The position numbers were made by a program, and so were the translations under genes. Below are positions 1 through 6,547 of a stretch of 16,307 nucleotides of DNA, piece after piece; positions within the stretch are counted from its first letter, which is position 1, and each line of letters opens with the position of its first letter. The notes under the pieces were generated by a model. That model made no database searches. It worked only from the letters and a program-made list of their open reading frames with translations, and was not told the DNA's origin. This stretch comes from Candidatus Micrarchaeota archaeon (GTDB taxonomy: Archaea > Micrarchaeota > Micrarchaeia > Anstonellales > Bilamarchaeaceae), in assembly GCA_040753215.1 (NCBI GenBank), contig JBFMEZ010000017.1:1-16307 (forward strand), given 5' to 3'.

Positions 1-158
1 CAAAACGATAGGTGATGCCATAACCAAACTTAGAAAAACACTCCAAAAACTTTCGCAAAATTACGGGATAAGTTTTGGGGAGCTAATAGAAATCTGCGTC
101 GACCAAAAATTCGCAAAACTATAGAAACAATAAAAAGAGTTGTTAGCAATATATTTTT

Positions 159-1265
159 ATGGTTCTGGTGGACGGGCACGTGCATTTTACTAAGCCCGAG
201 TCTGGGGAGAGCCTGAAGGCCGGGAGGGACGACTCCCCCTGGGTGAATCCTGATTACAGGGGAAAGACACTGGCGGAATTCGTGAATGGGCGCCGTGAGT
301 GCGAAGATTACGCTTTTCTTGACATTGTGGGCACGCTGGGGTCTGCGGGCTTCCCCGCCCTCCCGCATGTGGTGGACAAGATTTACCAGGCGAGAACAGG
401 AAGCGGGATAGGGAGGTTTGCGCTGCTCACGATTGATTATCCCGGCTCCACGCAGCCAACGAATGAAGAGATGCTGCGGCTTGTGGAGGCGTTCCCGGAA
501 ATCATGGGCTCGGTGAGCGTGAACCCAAATTCCGAGAATGCTGCGAATAGGCTTTATGAAAGGCTGAGGAAGCTCGCTGAGCTGAATGAGAAGCTGCGGA
601 ACGGGTGGAGGCCGGTTGTGAAAATGCATCCCCTCCAGCAGAAATTCGACCCCGGGAATCTGGGGGCGAAGGAGCTGGGAAGGATGTATGCGATGATGGA
701 GGAGATGGGCGCAGTGCTTGTTACGCACACCGGGGTTTTCCAGAGGGCGCAGGTAGAGGGGGATGTAGTGATAGCCGACCCGGCGAGGCTCATTCCGGTT
801 GCGGAGAGGCACCCGAAGCTGAATATAGTGCTGGCGCATATGGGGACGCCGGATATTGCGGTTGTGAACTGGTGGGGGGCGCAGGGCGTGCAGGTACGGC
901 ACTTTGGGAACGCACTGGAGATGATGGGAAGATTCCCTAATGTGTACGGGGATATGGGGGGGCTTCTCTGGACCGGGGACAGGCCCGCAGGAGTTTATGG
1001 GGAATGCGCATGCAGGAATTATAATTTCGGGGAGAGGGCGCAGTTCGGGTTCTCGAATGCAAATGAGATTCTGGAAGCGGAAAGGAGAAGCCTGTGGAGA
1101 ACGGGCCTTAGGGCGCTTGGGTTCGGAAGGAACCAACTGCACAGAAAGCTCATTTACGGGAGTGACTTCCCAGTGGCGGGAAAAGGCGATTTGGAAAAAC
1201 AAATAAGGAAACTGGGCGGATTCAATCCCGCGGAGAACACCGCGAAGGTTTTTGCCAGGGCGTAG
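159..1265 (+). CDS. Amidohydrolase family 2 (TIM-barrel metal-dependent hydrolase)
   Basis: Motifs in the expected order: VDGHVH (HxH), VKMHP, VTHTG, IVLAHMG, NVYGD and LIYGSDFP. AT-rich upstream region. Confidence 0.85.
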   Translation: MVLVDGHVHFTKPESGESLKAGRDDSPWVNPDYRGKTLAEFVNGRRECEDYAFLDIVGTLGSAGFPALPHVVDKIYQARTGSGIGRFALLTIDYPGSTQPTNEEMLRLVEAFPEIMGSVSVNPNSENAANRLYERLRKLAELNEKLRNGWRPVVKMHPLQQKFDPGNLGAKELGRMYAMMEEMGAVLVTHTGVFQRAQVEGDVVIADPARLIPVAERHPKLNIVLAHMGTPDIAVVNWWGAQGVQVRHFGNALEMMGRFPNVYGDMGGLLWTGDRPAGVYGECACRNYNFGERAQFGFSNANEILEAERRSLWRTGLRALGFGRNQLHRKLIYGSDFPVAGKGDLEKQIRKLGGFNPAENTAKVFARA

Positions 1266-1267
1266 CC

Positions 1268-1702
1268 CTACTCGTTAAGCAGCGTCCTCAGCTCAAGGGC
1301 ATGTTCTTCCTCATCAATGATGATGTGCCTCAGCTTGTGCTCTATGAATTCGTATTCGTAGGGAAGCTCCGCCCTGCTTTTGTTCAGCTCGGCTACGATG
1401 GTGCGGTAGAACTTAACCGCATCGCGCTCGTTCTTCAGGTTTGTCCTGAGTATTTTTGCGGTTCCGATGGCCGGATAGCCCTCGTGCATCCTTATGGAAG
1501 GCGCGGCATCCAGGATTTCGAGGCAGTCCCTGAACATTCCTGCATGCTTATGCTCGTCGCCCGCGATTTCGGTGAGGCGCGCGGCGATGGTGTCCGCAGT
1601 CTCGCCCACAAGGAGGGTTGCGTGGCTCAGGTACTGCGCCTCTGCCTGGTGCTCCAGCTCCAATCCTCTGTTCAGCAATTCTATTAGTTTTGCCTTTGCC
1701 AC
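1268..1702 (-). CDS. Ferritin-like / bacterioferritin-like di-iron four-helix protein (144 aa)
   Basis: ELEHQAEAQY, DEHKH, NERDAVKFY and DEEEH give the paired E/ExxH pattern. Start reassigned to GTG 1702 because GGTGA (1712-1708) lies 5 nt upstream; the longer 1903 start would overlap ogg. Confidence 0.85.
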   Translation of the reverse strand: MAKAKLIELLNRGLELEHQAEAQYLSHATLLVGETADTIAARLTEIAGDEHKHAGMFRDCLEILDAAPSIRMHEGYPAIGTAKILRTNLKNERDAVKFYRTIVAELNKSRAELPYEYEFIEHKLRHIIIDEEEHALELRTLLNE

Positions 1703-1763
1703 AAAAATCACCGCTGGGATTATTCTGATAATGTTCATAAAGGGTACGGTACGAAAACCGAAC

Positions 1764-2423
1764 GTGGAAGAAGGGCTGTTTGAAGAATTGGAGAGGGTGA
1801 GGGGAAGCCCTGTGCGGGAAACGATAGAGAAAAGGATGGAGGAGTTCCGGGAAGCGGGAAAGGGCGGGGAAGAGAGATGGTTTTCCGAACTTTGCTTCTG
1901 CATACTTACGGCTAATTACACCGCGCACGGGGGGATTAGGATACAGAACGAGCTGGGGGCAGAGGGGTTCTGCAATCTTCCGGAAAAGGAACTGGTCAAG
2001 AGATTGAAGGAACTGGGGCACCGCTTCTACAATATGCGCGGGATATTCATAGCGGAGGCGCGCGGGAAAAAAGTGAAAGAGAGCCTACGGAAAGTTTGCG
2101 GCGGGAAGCTGGAAACCGGCAACTGGAGACGGGAAACTGAAATGCGGGAGTGGCTGGTTGAAAACATAAAGGGCCTGGGCTGGAAGGAGGCGAGCCATTT
2201 CCTGCGGAACCTGGGGTATTTTGATTTGGCGATAATAGACCGGCATATACTGAGCATCTTGAAGAAGTATGGGTACATAAGCGAAGTGCCGAAAGCGCTC
2301 GGGAAGAAGAAATACCTGGAGATAGAAGGGATATTGGATGGGATTGCGAAGAAGGCGGGGATGAGCCAGGGGGAACTGGACCTCTATTTATGGTATATGA
2401 AAACAGGCAAGGTCCTGAAGTAG
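1764..2423 (+). CDS. ogg: 8-oxoguanine DNA glycosylase/AP lyase, OGG2 (MJ0724-like) family
   Basis: FSELCFCILTAN, GHRFYN, HhH motif IKGLGWKEASHFLRNLG, AIIDRH and C-terminal LDLYLWYMKTGKVLK. Start uncertain: GTG 1764 (TATA-like TTCATAAA at 1734-1741) or ATG 1731. Confidence 0.92.
   Translation: MEEGLFEELERVRGSPVRETIEKRMEEFREAGKGGEERWFSELCFCILTANYTAHGGIRIQNELGAEGFCNLPEKELVKRLKELGHRFYNMRGIFIAEARGKKVKESLRKVCGGKLETGNWRRETEMREWLVENIKGLGWKEASHFLRNLGYFDLAIIDRHILSILKKYGYISEVPKALGKKKYLEIEGILDGIAKKAGMSQGELDLYLWYMKTGKVLK
2104..2138 (+). repeat. Five degenerate tandem GGAAACT-type heptamers inside ogg
   Basis: ggaagct-ggaaacc-ggcaact-ggagacg-ggaaact, read as KLETGNWRRET. Confidence 0.75.
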
Positions 2424-2449
2424 AGCCTGGGGGAGGTATGATTACCCTA

Positions 2450-2482
2450 AAGAGAGGAGGGGGCAAGCCCCCTCTTCCTCTT
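2450..2482 (+). other. Strong GC-rich stem-loop between the two ogg 3' ends
   Basis: gaggaggggg (2454-2463) pairs with ccccctcttc (2468-2477; one G-U) around a CAAG loop; extendable by aaga/tctt. Confidence 0.7.
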
Positions 2483-2484
2483 GG

Positions 2485-2517
2485 TGGTATATGAAGACAG
2501 GAAAAGTGCTCAAATAG
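2485..2517 (+). pseudogene. Duplicated, synonymously recoded 3' end of ogg (WYMKTGKVLK*)
   Basis: 27/33 nt identical to 2391-2423. All six differences are synonymous third-position changes, and the TAG stop is retained. Confidence 0.9.
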
Positions 2518-2568
2518 CGTTTAAGAAAACTAAACGATATGTTTAAAAATATTAAACATAATGTTTAA
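2518..2568 (+). promoter_or_regulatory. Promoter/operator of the MNT-HEPN operon
   Basis: GTTTA-N7-TAAAC palindromes at 2519-2535 and 2541-2557, plus a third GTTTA at 2563 (22-bp period). They overlap TTTAAAAA (2542-2549), 30 nt before ATG 2572. Confidence 0.7.
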
Positions 2569-2571
2569 GCA

Positions 2572-3108
2572 ATGCGAACACTTATACCGACAAAAAAGAG
2601 GAAAAAAATATTAGAAATAATAGTATTTAACCCCACCAGAAAGCTCGCAGTGCGTGAGCTGGCAACAATCTCCGGTGCAAGCCCCGCATCGGTTTCGCTG
2701 TTTTTGAAAGCGCTAGAAAAAGACGGGTTTGTGAAAAAGGGCATACTAAACCTGGAAAATCCGGAGGTGAGGGCGCTAAAGCTATTCTTCAACGTGGAAA
2801 GGGCCCATCCCTTATACGAAAAACTCCGCAAAAAATATGGGATCGCTGGCATGGGGCTGTACGGGAGCTGGGCTAGAGGGGAAAATGTGGAGGAAAGCGA
2901 CCTCGATTTGTGGATCAGGGTTACGCGAGAGCCAGGGGCGGTTAAGGCTTCCGAGATAAGAAGAATAGTGAAGGAGGGGGCGGGGGTGGCGAATGCGAGC
3001 ATCATATTCCTGACAGAAGAAAAACTGGCAAAAATAAAAGAAAGCGATGGTGCATTCTATTCGACATTGTTCCATTCTTTCCTGATTGGGGGTGAGGGGA
3101 TTGCTTGA
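2572..3108 (+). CDS. wHTH + minimal nucleotidyltransferase (MNT) antitoxin
   Basis: N-terminal HTH (VRELATISGASPASVSLFLKALEKDGFV) and Pol-beta-type motif LYGSWARGE...SDLDL. Overlaps the downstream HEPN gene. Confidence 0.88.
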   Translation: MRTLIPTKKRKKILEIIVFNPTRKLAVRELATISGASPASVSLFLKALEKDGFVKKGILNLENPEVRALKLFFNVERAHPLYEKLRKKYGIAGMGLYGSWARGENVEESDLDLWIRVTREPGAVKASEIRRIVKEGAGVANASIIFLTEEKLAKIKESDGAFYSTLFHSFLIGGEGIA

Positions 3109-3529
3109 CCTGGAAGGATGCATGGAGAAGGGATTGATAAAGAAAACCCCGCCGTCAAAAGAGCAGGCGCTGCTGGGCATGGAGAAAGCCGAAGAGGTTC
3201 TGGAGGATGCGAAAGCGAATCTTGAAGAAGAAAGATACAACTCTGCCGCGATGCTCGCTTATGTTTCGATGCTGAATGCTGCAAGAGCGGTTCTTTTCAG
3301 GGATGGATACAGGGAAAAGAGCCACTACTGCATTTCGCGCTATCTTGAAGAGAAATATGGGGATGTGCTGGGGAAGGAGATGGTAAAACTTCTTGACGCA
3401 TACAGGGAAACGAGGCATGAGGTGCAGTATTCCGCAGCATATAACGCAAGCCCCATGGAAGCAGAGGAGATGGTCGGTTTCGCAGGAAGATTTTTGAAGA
3501 AGGTTGAGGAGATTTTAGAAGAAAAATAA
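3101..3529 (+). CDS. HEPN domain protein (toxin partner of MNT)
   Basis: All-helical pattern AEEVLEDAKANL...AYVSMLNAARAVL...GYREKSH...RHEVQY (Rx4Y). Start set at TTG 3101, 5 nt after GGTGA (3091-3095). Confidence 0.85.
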   Translation: MLDLEGCMEKGLIKKTPPSKEQALLGMEKAEEVLEDAKANLEEERYNSAAMLAYVSMLNAARAVLFRDGYREKSHYCISRYLEEKYGDVLGKEMVKLLDAYRETRHEVQYSAAYNASPMEAEEMVGFAGRFLKKVEEILEEK

Positions 3530-3530
3530 G

Positions 3531-3683
3531 TTACTTCCTGAGCCTGAGCCACTTCAATAATTTGTGAACCTTGGATTGCTTGCCCTTGCCGCTCGGGTCC
3601 CTTCCGCCCTTTTTCTTTTTCGGAGCTTTCCTGGCGGTTTTTTTGGAAACTTTTTTAGAAGCCGCTTTCTTCCTCTTGACCAT
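3531..3683 (-). CDS. Small Lys/Arg-rich protein, 50 aa (MVKRKKAASKKVSKKTARKAPKKKKGGRDPSGKGKQSKVHKLLKWLRLRK); not in the ORF track
   Basis: Translated by hand. Initiation context AAGGTGAAAAGATG is identical to that of the gene starting at 8041. Its stop abuts the convergent HEPN stop with a 1-nt gap. Confidence 0.75.
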   Translation of the reverse strand: MVKRKKAASKKVSKKTARKAPKKKKGGRDPSGKGKQSKVHKLLKWLRLRK

Positions 3684-3697
3684 CTTTTCACCTTATA

Positions 3698-3780
3698 TTT
3701 CCGGGAACTGGATGGCGGAAACCCGGAGGTTTCTGCCAGTCATCTCCGCAGAGATGCGGAAACAGAAAACCGGAAACTGA
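3698..3780 (+). repeat. Intergenic heptamer/palindrome (REP-like) element
   Basis: tttccgg...ccggaaa flanks enclose tggcggaaacc-cgga-ggtttctgcca and catctc-cgca-gagatg hairpins, plus heptamers ggaaaca-gaaaacc-ggaaact. 3703-3744 matches 9306-9347 at 38/42 nt. Confidence 0.85.
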
Positions 3781-3783
3781 TTA

Positions 3784-4024
3784 GCTGATGCCACTGAGTT
3801 CTGGACTCGGTGAAAGAGTTCCTCAAACGAATGCGGATATCGTTCCTTGCCCATTCGCTCGTTTTAGAGGTTATCTCCTTCGCGCCATTGAGAGCATAAC
3901 CATCAGGGGTTACCTGTGGTGAGTTATAGTCCAGACACCACATTATTGGGCGACCGACAGTTAGAGGCCACAACGGACACATCCTTTCCAGGACAACCGA
4001 AATGCCCCAAACAGGGGCATCAGC
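3784..4024 (-). ncRNA. Candidate ~240-nt structured RNA of unrecognised family (standalone ncRNA or 5' leader)
   Basis: Ends pair: GCUGAUGCC/GGCAUCAGC, 9 bp plus CUG/CAG. Internal helices UCUGGACU/AGUCCAGA, GUCCU-GGAA-AGGAU, GGUUAU/AUAACC and GAGCGAAUG/CAUUCGUUU. G-U wobbles and the GNRA loop favour the minus strand. A TATA box lies about 29 nt upstream. Confidence 0.55.
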
Positions 4025-4053
4025 ACCTAGCTTTAGGTGCAAAATTATATAAA
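4023..4053 (-). promoter_or_regulatory. TATA box and palindromic site upstream of the candidate RNA
   Basis: Minus-strand TTTATATA at 4053-4046. Perfect inverted repeat gcaccta-gctt-taggtgc at 4023-4040, between the TATA box and the predicted start. Confidence 0.6.
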
Positions 4054-4110
4054 TATGCCTGTGCTATCCTGAAGAGGACAACTTCTGCAACAGAAATTGC
4101 CGGAGCAGGG

Positions 4111-5328
4111 CTATTCGTAGCGGAGGGCTTCCACCGCAGGGACCCTGGAGGCGTTGAGCGCCGGAATGAAGCCGGAGACAACCCCCACTCCTACGGAGAA
4201 GAAGAATGCGAACGCGATTTGCGGGAGCCCCATCATGTACGGGATGCCGAAGGAGCCGGCCATCTGGAGGACAAGGTAGCCGATTGCAAGGCCCACAAGG
4301 CCGCCGCCCGCCCCAATCAGTGCGCTCTCAACAACGAAAATGAGGAGGATTGTGGTGCGGGTTGCGCCTATCGCCTTGAGCACGCCTATCTCGCGACGCC
4401 GCTCGAGGACGCTCATGAACATGGTGTTGGAAATCCCTATTCCGCCCACGAATGCGGATACAGCGGCGATTGCGAGGAGGAAGAGGTTCAGGAGGTTGAG
4501 GATGGTGCCCACGGTGTCTTTGATGAGCGCGGGCGTGATTACGGAAAAGTCTTTTTTGTCCAGAGAAACGCGATGGGCATTAGCGACCTGCCTCTCCACC
4601 TGTACCGCGACCTCCTCTGGGTCGTAGCCCGGGCGGAGCTTGACGTATATGGCGAAGACCTCGCCGGGCGCAAGGTAGTCCGCAAGGATCCTGTTCCCCT
4701 GGCCGTAAGGCACGAATATGGTGGAGTCGTCCTGCTCGCTGAGGGAAGTGCCTATTCTTTTAAGGACCCCGACAACGCGATAGGGCTCATCGTTTACATG
4801 GATGACATTGCCGGGCGCTATCTTCTGCTCATCGAACATCAGGTTCGCGGCGTCGTTGCCGAGGACGAGCACCCTGGTCTCGCTGTCTTTGTAGTACCTG
4901 CCCTCCTCTATTGTGAAATAATCGGCGAACTGCTCGAACATCTCCTCCTCCGCTGGGTAGATTGCGGCGGTTATCGCGGTCTCGCGGAAGCGGAAGGAGG
5001 CGCGGCCGTAATTGACGCGTGCGGTGTCCTGCACCGCGGGAACCCTCTTTATGTAGTCCACGTCGCGGTCGTAGAGCTTTCCTGTTGTGGTCAGGGATAA
5101 GGAAGAGGCGCTGGCGAGGTTCTCCAGATTGAAGGGGACCACAAAGATGATGTCGCTCCCGAAGGATTCCATCTGGCTCTCTATGTCAACGCGGACCCCC
5201 TCCCCTATGGACATCAGGGTGACTATCGTTGCGATGCCGAGGACGATTCCTATGATTGTGAGCGTGGAGCGGAGGTGCCTTATCTGGAGGTTCTTTATTC
5301 CGTAGTTGATTATCTCCAGAAAGTCCAT
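4111..5328 (-). CDS. ABC transporter permease, MacB/FtsX family
   Basis: N-terminal TM (RSTLTIIGIVLGI), large extracytoplasmic domain, GGIGISNTMFMSVLERRREIGVLKAIGA and terminal PAVEALRYE. Confidence 0.93.
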   Translation of the reverse strand: MDFLEIINYGIKNLQIRHLRSTLTIIGIVLGIATIVTLMSIGEGVRVDIESQMESFGSDIIFVVPFNLENLASASSLSLTTTGKLYDRDVDYIKRVPAVQDTARVNYGRASFRFRETAITAAIYPAEEEMFEQFADYFTIEEGRYYKDSETRVLVLGNDAANLMFDEQKIAPGNVIHVNDEPYRVVGVLKRIGTSLSEQDDSTIFVPYGQGNRILADYLAPGEVFAIYVKLRPGYDPEEVAVQVERQVANAHRVSLDKKDFSVITPALIKDTVGTILNLLNLFLLAIAAVSAFVGGIGISNTMFMSVLERRREIGVLKAIGATRTTILLIFVVESALIGAGGGLVGLAIGYLVLQMAGSFGIPYMMGLPQIAFAFFFSVGVGVVSGFIPALNASRVPAVEALRYE

Positions 5329-6543
5329 CTAATCATACCTCATGGCTTCCACCGCCGGTATTTTTGCAGCGTTGCGGGCGGGGATGAAACCCCCGAGCAT
5401 CCCGACGCCCATCGCTATTATGAACGATATGAGGACTGTTGGGGTGGATGGGGTTGCGTTTATTCCGAAAATGCCCAGGAGGAGGACCACGGATATGCCG
5501 AAAATTACGCCGATTACGCCTCCCACCAGCCCAATCATCGCCGCCTCCACAAGGAAGAGGCGCTCAATCTGCCAGTTCTCCGCGCCAACGGATTTGAGCA
5601 CTCCTATTTCCTTGGTGCGTTCCATCACGCTGACGAACATCGTGTTGGAGATGCCGACTCCGCCGACCACAAGGGCGATTCCGGAGACCGCGCCGAAGAA
5701 CAGCGTGAGGGTGCCAAGTATGGAATTGACCTGGTCCTCTATGAACTTGGGGGTTATGAGCGTGAAGTCCTTGTCATCGGGAGGGACCTTGTGCTGGGAG
5801 GAAAGAACATATTCTATCCGGTCCGCCACCTCCTCCGTGTCGAAGCCCTCGTCCACTATTACGCGGATGCCGTTTATTTCCCTTTCCGCGAGCGCGACGC
5901 CCGCGAGTTCCCTGCTGTCCTCATAAGAAACAAATACGGAGCTGTCGCCGGGCCCAAGGGATGCGCCGCTCTTCTGGAGGACGCCTACAATGCGGTACTG
6001 CCGGCCTGCCAGTTCTATAATGTTATTGACGCGTATCCTGTCATCGCCGAAATACTCGTTCGCGATGCTGTATCCTATCACCGCGGCGCGCCGGTCGCCG
6101 GGCTGGATGAACCTCCCTTCCCCTATCTTGATGGGCATGGTTTCGGAAAATCCCTCCGGCTCCACGCCCACAACGGAAGAGCTAATCCTCTTGTCGCGGA
6201 ACCTCATGTCTACGTTCGCCATTACGACCCTGGTTGCGAGATGCACGCCTTCTATGCGCGCAACCTTGTCCGCGTCCCTCTCAAACAATTTGCCGAGCGT
6301 GGGGCGGAGGGTGGTGGGGCCTGCGCCGACGCCGCCCTCAAGGCTCACCGGGCTTATCACAATCGTCTTGGGGCCGAAGGAGGCAAGCTGGGAGGAGACG
6401 GAGGCGCGGAGGCCGTCCGCAAGCCCGACGAGCACAATCACCCCGGCCACCCCGATTACTATGCCTACAATTGTGAGCCAGGTGCGGAGATGCTGGTACC
6501 TAAGGTTCCGGAGGGAATACGAAACCATGTCCTCCAGTCTCAT
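5329..6543 (-). CDS. ABC transporter permease, MacB/FtsX family (paralog)
   Basis: RTWLTIVGIVIGV, GGVGISNTMFVSVMERTKEIGVLKSVGA and PAVEAMRYD. Its stop directly abuts the next start. Confidence 0.93.
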   Translation of the reverse strand: MRLEDMVSYSLRNLRYQHLRTWLTIVGIVIGVAGVIVLVGLADGLRASVSSQLASFGPKTIVISPVSLEGGVGAGPTTLRPTLGKLFERDADKVARIEGVHLATRVVMANVDMRFRDKRISSSVVGVEPEGFSETMPIKIGEGRFIQPGDRRAAVIGYSIANEYFGDDRIRVNNIIELAGRQYRIVGVLQKSGASLGPGDSSVFVSYEDSRELAGVALAEREINGIRVIVDEGFDTEEVADRIEYVLSSQHKVPPDDKDFTLITPKFIEDQVNSILGTLTLFFGAVSGIALVVGGVGISNTMFVSVMERTKEIGVLKSVGAENWQIERLFLVEAAMIGLVGGVIGVIFGISVVLLLGIFGINATPSTPTVLISFIIAMGVGMLGGFIPARNAAKIPAVEAMRYD

Positions 6544-6547
6544 CTGC

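Noticed and set aside
43..121. CRISPR mini-array
   Set aside because: Only two short, unequal repeats and no cas genes in the window.
30..1202. 390-aa minus-strand ORF
   Set aside because: Antisense shadow of the motif-supported amidohydrolase; Pro/His/Arg-rich composition with no motifs.
2438..2494. Tiny ORF MITLKRGGGKPPLPLGGI after ggaggt
   Set aside because: The RBS-like sequence abuts the ATG with no spacing, the ORF runs through a strong hairpin, and it is out of frame with the duplicated ogg tail.
2391..2517. DGR template/variable repeat pair
   Set aside because: Differences include C/G swaps, are not adenine-specific and are all synonymous. No reverse transcriptase is present in the window.
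3564..3788. Plus-strand ORFs 3564..3788 and 3571..3780
   Set aside because: TTG/GTG-type starts without an RBS; they are antisense to the better-supported 50-aa gene and run through the repeat.
3784..4024. Identification as SRP RNA, RNase P RNA, group I intron, cobalamin or c-di-AMP riboswitch
   Set aside because: Only short fragments resemble them (GAGGAACUC, UAUAGUCC, GCCACUG, UCAGCUAA). The partner motifs and their order are missing by eye; cmscan would be decisive.
3740..4042. 100-aa minus-strand ORF over the candidate RNA
   Set aside because: Its TTG start lies upstream of the predicted transcription start, it has no RBS, and it ends inside the repeat. Not called, although an internal ATG uORF is not excluded.
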